A stretch of DNA of 64,000 nt from Verrucomicrobiota bacterium (lineage in GTDB: Bacteria > Verrucomicrobiota > Verrucomicrobiia > Limisphaerales > Palsa-1400), in NCBI GenBank assembly GCA_049510745.1, contig JBEKYR010000011.1, positions 1 through 64,000 on the forward strand. The letters are read 5' to 3'. Below the pieces are notes generated by a model. That model saw only the letters and a program-made list of their open reading frames with translations. It searched no databases and was not told the DNA's origin. The position numbers and the translations under genes were made by a program. Below are positions 40,521 to 50,139 of the stretch, piece after piece. Numbering within the stretch: position 1 is the first letter of the stretch; each line of letters opens with the position of its first letter.

Positions 40521-42299
40521 ATGAGTGCCATCCCCGATTTGTCCGCCGCGCAGGTTCGCTACAACCGTTTTCTGCTGCTGGTCGCCGGCCTGGGCGGCTT
40601 GCTCTACGGGGTGGATGTCGGGATCATCGCCGGGGCGCTGCCTTACCTGGAGGCGACTTCCGGCCTGAACGCGGGCCAGCTTTCGATCGTCGTGGCGGCG
40701 GTGCTGTTGGGGAGCGTGATTTCCACTCTGTTCGCCGGTGCGCTGGCGGACTGGATGGGGCGCAAACTGTTGATGGCCTTGAGCGGGGCGCTCTTTGTCG
40801 CCAGCATCCCGGTGATTGCGCTGGCGCAAGGCTACGGGCCGCTGGTGCTGGGCCGTTTGTTGCAGGGCGTCAGCGCCGGGTTGATCGGGGTGGTCGTGCC
40901 GCTTTATCTGGCCGAATGCCTCGACGCGTCGCAGCGCGGCAAAGGCACCGGGATTTTTCAATGGCTCCTGACGCTGGGCATCGTGGCAGCGGCGGTGATC
41001 GGCATGTGGTTCAGCATCCGGGTGGACGCGGTGGCCAAACTGGGGGACGCGAACCGGCTGTTCGCGTTTAAAGACCTGGCTTGGCGGAGCATTTTCTGGG
41101 TCTCGCTGCCGCCGGGGATTCTGTTTGTCCTCGGCAGTTTCCGGGTGGCGGAATCGCCGCGCTGGCTCTTTCGCAAGGGCCGGACGGAGGCCGCGCGGGC
41201 GGCGCTGTTGCGCTCCCGCAGCGAGCAGCAGGCGGCCGTCGAGCTGGAGGAAATGGCAACGGCGGCGGCGGCGGAGCGGGCGAAATCGAGCGCGGGCGGA
41301 GCGCGGGGCCGGGAATCGCTGTGGCATCGCAAATACGTCATCCCGTTTGTCCTGGCGTGCGTCATCCTGGCGTGCAACCAGGCCACTGGTGTCAATTCTA
41401 TTATTGGCTACAACACGACGATCCTTTTGCAGGGCGGCTTGCCGGACGTGCAGGCGCACTGGGGCTACGTGATTTTGACCGTGGTCAATTTTTTGGTGAC
41501 CATCGGCGCGGTGGTGCTGGTGGACCGCAAAGGGCGCAAGTTCCTCCTCAGCGTGGGCAGCGCCGGGATCATCGTTTCGCTGGTCTGCGCGGGCCTTCTC
41601 TTCCGCAACACGGAAAGCCGCCGCGTCGATGCCCGCGAAGGCGTCCAGGCCCTGGTCACCCCGGACCAGAAACTCTCGCTGGCCTACAATGAGTGGACGG
41701 CGGGCAAACTCCTGTCCATCAGCGGCGCGGCGCAGCAGCCGACCACGCTGATTGTCATTTATTCCTATGGCGATTTCCGGGCGGTCACGACGGCGGCACG
41801 GTCGGACGACAAAGGGGCCAAGCCGATCGAAATCACGCGCGGTAATTGTGTGCCCACCAACACGGTTGTGACGATTTTCGCCAATCCGTTCAAAAACGTC
41901 GAGGCCGCGCAAACGGCGCCGCTAAAGATCGAGAACGCCCTCATCACGCCCGTGCCCGGCCGCGAAAGCGGATGGCTGGTGGCCGTCTGCCTGTTTGCCT
42001 TCATGGCATTTTTTGCGGTCGGTCCGGGTGTCTGCGTCTGGCTGGCGCTGTCGGAATTGATGCCGACGCGGATTCGCTCCAACGGAATGAGCATCGCCTT
42101 GCTCATCAACCAGGCGGTATCGACGACGATTGCGGCGATCTTTCTGCCGACAGTGGGGAAATACGGCTATTCGACGATGTTCTTCGCTTTTGCCGGATGC
42201 ACGGTCGTCTATTTTGTCACGGCCGCGTTTTTCCTGCCGGAAACGAAGGGAAAAACGCTGGAGGAAATCGAGGCCCACTTTGAAGGGCGGACCGGATAA
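40521..42299 (+). CDS. Sugar porter family MFS transporter
   Basis: GGLLYGVD, DWMGRK, ESPRWL, VDRKGRK, SELMP, PETKGKTLEEIE. Confidence 0.93.
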   Translation: MSAIPDLSAAQVRYNRFLLLVAGLGGLLYGVDVGIIAGALPYLEATSGLNAGQLSIVVAAVLLGSVISTLFAGALADWMGRKLLMALSGALFVASIPVIALAQGYGPLVLGRLLQGVSAGLIGVVVPLYLAECLDASQRGKGTGIFQWLLTLGIVAAAVIGMWFSIRVDAVAKLGDANRLFAFKDLAWRSIFWVSLPPGILFVLGSFRVAESPRWLFRKGRTEAARAALLRSRSEQQAAVELEEMATAAAAERAKSSAGGARGRESLWHRKYVIPFVLACVILACNQATGVNSIIGYNTTILLQGGLPDVQAHWGYVILTVVNFLVTIGAVVLVDRKGRKFLLSVGSAGIIVSLVCAGLLFRNTESRRVDAREGVQALVTPDQKLSLAYNEWTAGKLLSISGAAQQPTTLIVIYSYGDFRAVTTAARSDDKGAKPIEITRGNCVPTNTVVTIFANPFKNVEAAQTAPLKIENALITPVPGRESGWLVAVCLFAFMAFFAVGPGVCVWLALSELMPTRIRSNGMSIALLINQAVSTTIAAIFLPTVGKYGYSTMFFAFAGCTVVYFVTAAFFLPETKGKTLEEIEAHFEGRTG

Positions 42300-42309
42300 G
42301 GCGATTGCA

Positions 42310-43395
42310 ATGGATTCGATGCGCTCTCGCCCAAGTCTCCGGGAGAAAATCGGCCAGATGCTGCTGGTGGGTTTTCGCGGGTATGAAATTGGCGGCGGCG
42401 ATTCCATTGCCGGCGACCTGGCGGAACGGAACATCGGGGGCGTTATTTTGTTTGACGAGGAAATGGCGGACCCCGCGCGGCGCGGTCGCAACATCCAGTC
42501 GCCGGAGCAAGTGCGGGCGCTGACCGGGGCCTTGCGCCGCTACGCCCAAACGCCGCCGCTGATTGCCATCGACCAGGAAGGCGGGCGGGTCAACCGGCTC
42601 AAACCGGCCTATGGATTCCCGGAGACGCTCTCGCATGAGGAATTGGGCGCGATGAACGATCCGGCCCGCACGTTTGCGGAGGCGGAAAAAATCGCGCGGA
42701 CGCTGGCCGGCTTGGGCATCAATCTGAACCTGGCGCCGGTGGTCGATCTGGACGCCGGACCGGACAACCCGATCATCCGGGGGAAGAAGCGGAGTTTCGG
42801 CGCCGACCCCGAAAGGGTGAGCCGCCACGCGATGGAATTCGCCCGCGCGCACCGCCAGCACGGCATCCTGACCTGCGCCAAACATTTTCCCGGCCACGGC
42901 AGCGCGCGCGGGGACACGCATTTGGGACTGGTCGATGTGACAAAATACTGGACGGAAAGGGAGTTGGCGCCGTTTCAGCGGCTGATCGAAGCGAAACTTT
43001 GCGACGCGGTGATGACGGCCCACGTCTTCAACGCGTGCCTGGATCCCGACCGTCCCGCGACGCTTTCCCAAAACGTGCTCGGCGGCCTGTTGCGGCGGCG
43101 GCTGGGATTTGAGGGAGTGATCTTGAGCGACGACATGGAAATGAAAGCCATCTCGGGCCAATACGGATTGGAGCAGGCGATTCAAATGGGCCTCGAAGCC
43201 GGTTTGGACATGCTGTGCTTCGGCAACAACATGAAGTTCGATGCGGACATCGGGGCAAAAGTTTCCGAAATCATTTATCGGCTGGTCGATTCGGGAAAGC
43301 TGGCCGAGTCGCGGATCGACGAATCATATCAGCGGATTCAACAGTTGAAAGGCAGGAACACGGCATCCCTCAGGGAAAAACATGAGACAGGATGA
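42310..43395 (+). CDS. nagZ: GH3 beta-N-acetylhexosaminidase
   Basis: IDQEGGRVNR, NLAPVVD, KHFPGHGS..DTH, SDDMEM. Confidence 0.88.
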   Translation: MDSMRSRPSLREKIGQMLLVGFRGYEIGGGDSIAGDLAERNIGGVILFDEEMADPARRGRNIQSPEQVRALTGALRRYAQTPPLIAIDQEGGRVNRLKPAYGFPETLSHEELGAMNDPARTFAEAEKIARTLAGLGINLNLAPVVDLDAGPDNPIIRGKKRSFGADPERVSRHAMEFARAHRQHGILTCAKHFPGHGSARGDTHLGLVDVTKYWTERELAPFQRLIEAKLCDAVMTAHVFNACLDPDRPATLSQNVLGGLLRRRLGFEGVILSDDMEMKAISGQYGLEQAIQMGLEAGLDMLCFGNNMKFDADIGAKVSEIIYRLVDSGKLAESRIDESYQRIQQLKGRNTASLREKHETG

Positions 43396-43474
43396 CAGGA
43401 TTCACAGGATGAAGTCTTTTTCCGAAGGAATATCCGCAGGCACAAGAAATCCTGTAAATCGTGCTCATCCTGTC
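43386..43474. repeat. acaggat 9-mer hairpin element overlapping the nagZ stop
   Basis: gacaggatgacaggattcacaggatg ... atcctgtaaatcgtgctcatcctgtc. Confidence 0.8.
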
Positions 43475-43486
43475 CCCGCCGCTGTG

Positions 43487-43810
43487 CTACTCGCGAGGTA
43501 TTTCCACCCGTGAGAATTCGCTTGATTTGACTTTGTCCAGGGCCGTTTGGACCAGCGCCACGTGGTGTTTCAGGGTTGGCCAATGGTTGGTGGACAAGAG
43601 CAGGATGGCGATCTTCCGGCCTTTGAGGTTCTGTTGGTACTGTAGATTTCGGTCACAGGTGAGAAACAAATCAAACTCTGGTTCGGCCAGCGCCAGGAGG
43701 CGTCCATTCTTGAAACCACCCCAGCCTTTTTGCAGCGCGGTTAAAAAAGTGTGACCTGCCAGCAGGCGCACCAGTTTCAATGGCACGCACTCGTCCACCA
43801 GCACCCTCAC
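43487..43810 (-). CDS. DUF5615-like PIN-domain toxin
   Basis: MRVLVDECVP, GWGGFKNGRLL, FLTCDRNLQYQQN. Confidence 0.85.
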   Translation of the reverse strand: MRVLVDECVPLKLVRLLAGHTFLTALQKGWGGFKNGRLLALAEPEFDLFLTCDRNLQYQQNLKGRKIAILLLSTNHWPTLKHHVALVQTALDKVKSSEFSRVEIPRE

Positions 43811-44058
43811 CGGCGCGCCCTTTCCAAGGTGAGCTCTTGCGCGGCCATGATCACGGCCACCGCCGCTGCACGGCTCACCGACGGGAAATTTTCCAAAAAT
43901 TCTTCGAGCGGACAGTCGCTTTCCAAGTGTTCAAAGAGCGACGCCACGGGAACGCGCGTGCCGCGAAAGACGGGATCGCCGCCCAATATCTCCGGGTCGG
44001 TAACGATATAATCGCTCAACTTGACATGTTTTGCTTTTTCGCCGGAAAGCGTTTTCAT
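43807..44058 (-). CDS. DUF433 antitoxin-like protein (start uncertain)
   Basis: DPEILGGDPVFRGTRVPV, EFLENFPSV. Confidence 0.85.
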   Translation of the reverse strand: MKTLSGEKAKHVKLSDYIVTDPEILGGDPVFRGTRVPVASLFEHLESDCPLEEFLENFPSVSRAAAVAVIMAAQELTLERARR

Positions 44059-44225
44059 TCGATTCGGTTCTATCATGCGCCTGTTTGGGCGCGGGTGCAA
44101 GCGGCGAACGGTCTTTTGCCGTGGGTTATTCCACGCCGCCTCCTCAAATCCCCGCCGCTGTTGGCCGCCCGAGGCAGGAACATGGAGTTTGCGGTGGCAG
44201 CCTGGCATGGGGCATGCTAATCGAA

Positions 44226-45914
44226 ATGGAAATGGAAACCGCCCCCCGGCGCAATCCCTGGTTGTGGGTGCCGAGCCTCTATTTTTCGCAGGGGATTCCG
44301 TACGTCATTGTCATGACGATGTCGGTGATCATGTACAAACGGCTGGGCATCTCGAACACGGACATCGCCCTCTATACGAGCTGGCTCTACCTGCCGTGGG
44401 TGCTCAAACCGTTGTGGAGCCCGCTGGTCGATATCACCCGCACCAAGCGGTTTTGGGTGGTGACGATGCAATTCCTGGTCGCCGCCGGGCTGGCGGCGGT
44501 GGCGTTCTCGGTGCCGGCCGGCGGATTTTTCAGGCTGTCGCTCGGTTTGTTTTGGGTGATGGCATTTGCGTCGGCTACGCATGACATCGCGGCGGACGGT
44601 TTTTACATGTTGAGCCTCTCGCAGCATGAGCAAGCCTGGTGGGTGGGTTTGCGGAGCACGTTTTACCGCACGGCCATGATTGTGGGGAGCGGTTTGCTGG
44701 TCGTGCTGGCGGGAGTCCTGGAGAGCAGGAACGGTCTGCCGCCGCTGGAATTGACCGTGCGCGCGGTGGAGCCGGGGACGAAAGAGAAGGCCGGCGCGCC
44801 GCCCGCGACCCCGGCCGCCGCCCAGCAGGGTGAACTGCATTTGATCGCCCAGCCGCCGGCTTTGGAAATCCCGTTGACTGACGCCGGCGCGTCATCGAGC
44901 AATACGGGGGCAATCTTTCTGACCCTTTCCCGCCCGCCGGAGGGCAACCGCGCCGTCACCGTCAACGTGGACCGGAAGATGAGCGGGTTGGAGTACTTCG
45001 GATTGGGCAAGGGCGACAAAGGAGTGCGGTTGCTGGAAGGCGGGCGCCTGGTGTTTGCCGCCAGCAATTGGAACACGCCCGCAGCGGTGGCGTTTGCGGT
45101 GGATGCGAAACTCCGGCGGGAAACCACCGCGCGTTTCATCGCCACGTCCGGGAACGTTCCGCTGGCGTGGTCGATCACCCTTTTCGCGGTCGCGGGACTG
45201 TTCCTGCTCTTCAGCCTGTGGCACAGTTTCATCCTGCCCCGTCCCGCCGGCGACGGGCCGGTGGTCACCGGAAGAGATATGACGGCGGAGTTCTTTGCCA
45301 CGTTTGGGTCGTTCTTCCGGAAGCCGGGCGTGCTCATGGCGGTGGGCTTCATTTTGTTGTATCGCTTCGACGAGGCGCAATTGAGCAAGGTCATTTCGCC
45401 TTTCCTGCTGGACAGCCGGGCGGCGGGCGGGCTGGGATTGACCACCAGCCAGGTGGGACTGGCCTACGGCGCCTTTGGCATCGCGGCGTTGACCTGCGGC
45501 GGGTTGCTGGGGGGCTTCACGGCGGCCAAATACGGGTTGAAAACGATGCTGCCCATCATGGTTTGTTCGATGTATCTGCCCAAACTGGCCTTTGTATTTC
45601 TTTCCTACACGCAACCGGAGAATTTCCTGGTCGTCTGCGGCAGCGTGGCGGTGGAGCAGTTCGGGTACGGATTCGGGTTCACGGCTTTTATGCTTTACAT
45701 GCTGTGGTTTGCGGACGGGCCGCACAAGACGGCCCATTACGCCATCTGCACCGGGTTCATGGCGCTGGGGATGATGATTCCGGGCATGTGGAGCGGCTGG
45801 GTGGCCGATCGCGCCGGCTACCGGCATTTTTTCATCTGGGTCATCTGCTCGGCCTTGCCGGGATTGACCCTTGCCCTGCTCCTGAAGGTCGATCCCCAAT
45901 TTGGCCGGAAATAA
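44226..45914 (+). CDS. ampG: AmpG-family MFS permease with an inserted soluble domain
   Basis: WVPSLYFSQGIP, LPWVLKPLWSP, SATHDIAADG, KTAHYAICT. Confidence 0.8.
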   Translation: MEMETAPRRNPWLWVPSLYFSQGIPYVIVMTMSVIMYKRLGISNTDIALYTSWLYLPWVLKPLWSPLVDITRTKRFWVVTMQFLVAAGLAAVAFSVPAGGFFRLSLGLFWVMAFASATHDIAADGFYMLSLSQHEQAWWVGLRSTFYRTAMIVGSGLLVVLAGVLESRNGLPPLELTVRAVEPGTKEKAGAPPATPAAAQQGELHLIAQPPALEIPLTDAGASSSNTGAIFLTLSRPPEGNRAVTVNVDRKMSGLEYFGLGKGDKGVRLLEGGRLVFAASNWNTPAAVAFAVDAKLRRETTARFIATSGNVPLAWSITLFAVAGLFLLFSLWHSFILPRPAGDGPVVTGRDMTAEFFATFGSFFRKPGVLMAVGFILLYRFDEAQLSKVISPFLLDSRAAGGLGLTTSQVGLAYGAFGIAALTCGGLLGGFTAAKYGLKTMLPIMVCSMYLPKLAFVFLSYTQPENFLVVCGSVAVEQFGYGFGFTAFMLYMLWFADGPHKTAHYAICTGFMALGMMIPGMWSGWVADRAGYRHFFIWVICSALPGLTLALLLKVDPQFGRK

Positions 45915-45940
45915 GCCGGAGGCGTCCGCGCACGGTCTCC

Positions 45941-47599
45941 TTATTGATTCACCACGGCGCGATAGAAGTCCTGGTTGTCGGCGAAGGGAACGGTGATCGA
46001 GCGGTTCGGGTTGGGGCTGTAATTGGTGGCCACGGGAATCCAGTTAACCAGGTCGAGCGACTGCTGGATGACGTAAGTGACGTTGCTTTGGCCCAGGAGC
46101 GTAAAGCCCCATTGCCCCGCCACGCAGCACGGATTGGTCAAGGTGGGCGGGAGCAGGACGTCGAGCGCTTGAATAATCGGGACCGAGACGGTGGTGGCCT
46201 GGTTGGTGCCGGGCGGGGAATAGACGCGCCAGATGCCTTCAGTCCGCTCCACGGCGTATAAGTTTCCGACATTGTCCCACGCAACATCGGTCATCTGCTG
46301 GTTGGTGTTGCCATCCAGGCCCGTGTTGATATTGGTCACCAGCGAGCCGTTGGTCGCGTAGAAGATGCTGATCCCGCCGTTGGTAAGGACGGTGGGGTCG
46401 GGGCCTCTCCCAAGGCAGGCCACGGCCACAAAGGTTGCCGTCGGGTCCACCGCAACGCCGTACGCGTTTTCCAAGGTGGGGTCCCCGCTGCCGACCTGCC
46501 ACAATGCGTTTGTTTCCGGCAAACTTCCATTCAGGAAGGGCGGAAAAGAAAGCACTCTCATTGTTGAGGCGTCAGTGTTCTGATTCAGGGGCGAACCGTA
46601 CACATTGACCCGCTGGATGGCGTAAATGCCGCCGTTGGTGTCCACCGCGACATCGAAGGGCGCGTAGGTCAAGGCGCACCCGCTGCCCGCGCTCACAATC
46701 ACGGTGCCCGTGTCATAAGGCGCAAGCGTGCCGTCGGGATTCACATTCCAACGGAGGATGCCCAAACCTCCTTGGTCAATGTCCGCCATCCAGATTTGGG
46801 TATTGGCGCCGGCGCCCAAAACGCAGGGGCCGCTCAAATAGATGCCCGGATAGGGATAGTTGTCCGGGCGCAGGACGGACAGGTAATTCGGGGAAAGGAC
46901 CTGGTCGAAGGACATTACCACTCCGTAGCCGCTCCAGTCCTCAACGTACAACCGGTCGTCGGCGGACACTCCCATTTTCCACGGGCTGGGGTTGTAATAT
47001 CCTCCACCCCAGGAATAACCCCCGGTGCTGAATCCGCCCTCGTCGCCGGGGCTGCCGTCGGCGTTGCATTTCAAGATGCCGGGGGTGCCCGAAAAGGAGG
47101 AGTCGCCGATGAAAACGCGGCCGTAATAGGGGCTGTTCGTGTTTCTATTAACAGCGATGCTGGAGGGCTGGAAGACATCGAAATTGGTGCTGTCGTCGGT
47201 GATGTTGGTCCAGGTGTCGTAACCGTCGGCGGCGGCGGTAATGCTGAGGGTGTAAACGCCGGGCAGGGCGTTGGAGCCGTTATCATTGGTGCCGTCCCAC
47301 AGGAAGGAGTTCAGGCCGGCGTTCGTTCCCGGAATTCCGCCTTCGGCGGAGAAGGTTTTGACCACATTCGTGCCGGAATAAATCCGGGCGGACACGCCGC
47401 CGGTGGCGTTGTCGTTGAGGATGTAACTGACGGTCAGGTTGCTGACCGTCAGGCTGCTGCCCGGCACAATGACGCCGGCGTTGAGGGAGCCGTTGAGCTG
47501 GATATCGGTGGCATAAACATTGGCCCGGACGGAAACAATGCAGGAAAAGAGAAACAAAAGTCCCATCAGCAGGACTTGGCCGCAACGCGTGGTTCTCAT
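45941..47599 (-). CDS. Secreted protein: FlgD-like Ig domain, beta-propeller-like repeats, C-terminal surface-protein domain
   Basis: Signal peptide, WDGTNDNG..PGVY, DVAVD/GVAVD/DVAWD repeats, YVIQQSLDLVNW...FYRAV tail. Confidence 0.75.
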   Translation of the reverse strand: MRTTRCGQVLLMGLLFLFSCIVSVRANVYATDIQLNGSLNAGVIVPGSSLTVSNLTVSYILNDNATGGVSARIYSGTNVVKTFSAEGGIPGTNAGLNSFLWDGTNDNGSNALPGVYTLSITAAADGYDTWTNITDDSTNFDVFQPSSIAVNRNTNSPYYGRVFIGDSSFSGTPGILKCNADGSPGDEGGFSTGGYSWGGGYYNPSPWKMGVSADDRLYVEDWSGYGVVMSFDQVLSPNYLSVLRPDNYPYPGIYLSGPCVLGAGANTQIWMADIDQGGLGILRWNVNPDGTLAPYDTGTVIVSAGSGCALTYAPFDVAVDTNGGIYAIQRVNVYGSPLNQNTDASTMRVLSFPPFLNGSLPETNALWQVGSGDPTLENAYGVAVDPTATFVAVACLGRGPDPTVLTNGGISIFYATNGSLVTNINTGLDGNTNQQMTDVAWDNVGNLYAVERTEGIWRVYSPPGTNQATTVSVPIIQALDVLLPPTLTNPCCVAGQWGFTLLGQSNVTYVIQQSLDLVNWIPVATNYSPNPNRSITVPFADNQDFYRAVVNQ

Positions 47600-47732
47600 T
47601 CCTAGGATCACCTTCTTACCGCGCCACGATACAGAATGTCGGTCGCAATTCAAGCGTTAATCCAAGATAACCAAAAAATAGGGGGTTGACAGTTTAAAAA
47701 AGATCAATCAATTTATCCGTATTCGTTGATAT

Positions 47733-48995
47733 ATGGAAAAGCACGCCGGTTTCATGAAGGCGCTCAAGTGCCGCGAATGCGGGCGGGAATACCCGCTGAC
47801 CGCCAATCACGTCTGCGAATTTGATTTTGGCCCGCTGGAGGTGGTCTATGATTACGAGCGCATCAAGCAAAGCCTGACCCGGGACGCCGTTCAATCCCGC
47901 CCCAAGAGCATGTGGCGCTTTCGCGAGCTGCTCCCCATCGCGGGCGAGCCGACCGTCGGGCTGGAAGTGGGCGGCACGCCCCTGCTCAAGGCCGACCGGC
48001 TGGCGCGGCGCCTGGGCATTCGCGAGTTATGGGTCAAGAACGACGCGGTCAATTATCCCACCCTGTCCTTCAAGGACCGGGTGGTCAGCGTGGCGTTGAG
48101 CCGGGCCAGGGAGCTGGGCTTCACCACCGTCGCCTGCGCGTCCACCGGCAACCTGGCCAATTCGGTCGCCGCCAACGCCGCCGCCGCCGGCCTGAAGGCT
48201 TACGTTTTCATCCCCTCCGACCTGGAACAGAGCAAAGTGGTCAATTCCCTTATTTACGGGGGCCACGTTATCGGCATCAAGGGTCACTACGATGAGGTCA
48301 ACCGCCTCTGCGCCGAGATCGCGGGCAAATACCCCTGGGCCTTTGTCAATGTGAATATGCGGCCTTATTACGCCGAAGGTTCCAAGAGCATGGGTTTGGA
48401 AATTGTCGAGCAACTGGGCTGGCGCGTTCCGTCCCACACCGTCGTCTGCATGGCGTCGGGTTCCCTGCTGACCAAGATTTACAAGAGCTACCAGGAAGCC
48501 ATGAAGATCGGGCTGGCGCCCCAAGCCGAACCGCGCATCCACGGCGCCCAGGCGACCGGTTGCTCGCCCATTTCCACCGCCCAAAAGGCCGGCCTGGATT
48601 TTTTCAAGCCGGTCAAGCCCAATACCATCGCCAAATCCCTGGCCATCGGCACGCCGGCCGACGGCTTTTACGCCCTGCGCGTGATGAAGGAAACCGGCGG
48701 GTGCGCCGAGGACGTGAGCGACAACGAGATTCGAGAGGGCATCAAGCTGCTGGCCGAATGCGAAGGCATCTTTGCCGAAACGGCGGGCGGCGTCACGGTC
48801 GGCGTGGCCAGGAAATTGATTGCCAGCGGCGTGATTCCAGCCGATGATTCCGCCGTGTTGTGCATCACAGGCAACGGTCTGAAAACACTCGACGCCGTCG
48901 TGGGCCACGCCGGATACACGCGCGAAATCCGGCCCAGCCTGAGGGAATTTGAAGCCCTGCTCGACGCCGAGGCGCGCGCCCCGGCCCAAGCCTGA
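47733..48995 (+). CDS. Threonine synthase-like PLP enzyme with N-terminal Zn-ribbon
   Basis: CRECG, PTLSFKDR, CASTGNLA, NVNMRPYYAEGSK, TGNGLKT. Confidence 0.85.
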   Translation: MEKHAGFMKALKCRECGREYPLTANHVCEFDFGPLEVVYDYERIKQSLTRDAVQSRPKSMWRFRELLPIAGEPTVGLEVGGTPLLKADRLARRLGIRELWVKNDAVNYPTLSFKDRVVSVALSRARELGFTTVACASTGNLANSVAANAAAAGLKAYVFIPSDLEQSKVVNSLIYGGHVIGIKGHYDEVNRLCAEIAGKYPWAFVNVNMRPYYAEGSKSMGLEIVEQLGWRVPSHTVVCMASGSLLTKIYKSYQEAMKIGLAPQAEPRIHGAQATGCSPISTAQKAGLDFFKPVKPNTIAKSLAIGTPADGFYALRVMKETGGCAEDVSDNEIREGIKLLAECEGIFAETAGGVTVGVARKLIASGVIPADDSAVLCITGNGLKTLDAVVGHAGYTREIRPSLREFEALLDAEARAPAQA

Positions 48996-49017
48996 GCCAC
49001 AACAAACTCGAAATGCC

Positions 49018-49293
49018 ATGCCAGTCAAAGTTCGCATTCCAACTCCGTTGCGCAAACTGACGCACGATGAAGAAATCGTCCAGGTCAGCGCCGCCACTGT
49101 CGGCGGCGCCATCGCCGAATTGCAGGCCCGCTACCCGGGCATCAAGGAGCGGTTGACCGACGAGGCCGGCAGCGTGCGGCGCTTCGTCAATGTCTATGTC
49201 AACGAGGAAGACATCCGCTTTCTGCAAAACCAGGAAACGGCGCTGAAGGATGGCGATGAGATCAGCATTATACCCGCCATCGCGGGTGGATAG
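49018..49293 (+). CDS. MoaD/ThiS/CysO-family sulfur carrier protein
   Basis: RIPTPLR, FVNVYVNEEDIRF, C-terminal PAIAGG. Confidence 0.92.
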   Translation: MPVKVRIPTPLRKLTHDEEIVQVSAATVGGAIAELQARYPGIKERLTDEAGSVRRFVNVYVNEEDIRFLQNQETALKDGDEISIIPAIAGG

Positions 49294-49305
49294 GAAAGGC
49301 CCCCC

Positions 49306-49593
49306 ATGCCCACAAAGAAACGCAAAGCCACGGCCGCCAGCGGCGCGCCGCCTGCCCAGACGCGCCTCTGGCTGATGTACCCGGCCAAGTTAATCACCAA
49401 CCCGATCATTTGGGAATTGGGCCAGAAATTCCCCGTCGTCACCAACGTCCGCCAAGCCAGTGTCACCGATGAGATCGGCATCGTTTGCCTGGAAATCGGC
49501 GGCCAGCGGGCGCACGTCAAGGCAGCCATTCGATGGCTGGAGAAGATCGGCATCAAGGTCGAGCCGGTGGAGATTGGCGTGATTGAGAGTTAA
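49306..49593 (+). CDS. NIL domain protein
   Basis: PIIWELGQKFPVVTNVRQASV..GIVCLEI.G. Confidence 0.85.
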   Translation: MPTKKRKATAASGAPPAQTRLWLMYPAKLITNPIIWELGQKFPVVTNVRQASVTDEIGIVCLEIGGQRAHVKAAIRWLEKIGIKVEPVEIGVIES

Positions 49594-49731
49594 GGGTTTC
49601 CCCTACAAGAATCGGTTTAATTGGTCAAGTCGCTGCTTGACCCTTGCTGGCCAATGCGTTAGAGCTAGGGAGTCTTCTCCCGCTCTTTTGTGGCGGGGAG
49701 GGATTTTGAATGCAGTGACGCGCGAAAACCT

Positions 49732-50034
49732 ATGACAAAACGTGATCTCGTAGTCCGCATCAGCGAAGAAACGGGCCTGGTCCAACAACAAGTGCTGCAA
49801 GTGGTCCAGCGAACCCTCGATCACATCTCCGAGGCGGTGGCCGCGGGGACGACCGTCGAGTTGCGCAATTTCGGCGTCTTTGAAGTCAAGGTCCGCAAGG
49901 CGCGGATTGGCCGCAACCCCAACCAACCCAAAACCGATGTTCCAATCCCCCGCCGCACCGTGGTCAAGTTCAAGCCGGGCAAGGAAATGCGGGAAGCGGT
50001 CATGAAACTTCCTCCCGCCGCCCCGGCGCCGTGA
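49732..50034 (+). CDS. HU/IHF-family DNA-binding protein
   Basis: MTKRDLV, VELRNFGVFEV, RIGRNP, FKPGKEM. Confidence 0.92.
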   Translation: MTKRDLVVRISEETGLVQQQVLQVVQRTLDHISEAVAAGTTVELRNFGVFEVKVRKARIGRNPNQPKTDVPIPRRTVVKFKPGKEMREAVMKLPPAAPAP

Positions 50035-50139
50035 ATTGCGGGGGGGTTCCGCCGCCGTTTCCGCGCACCCGCCGCCGCCCTATTCTTGACTTCAAATTCA
50101 TCGACAAGAGAGGAGCGCCCGCCTAAGGTTTGCAGCCTG

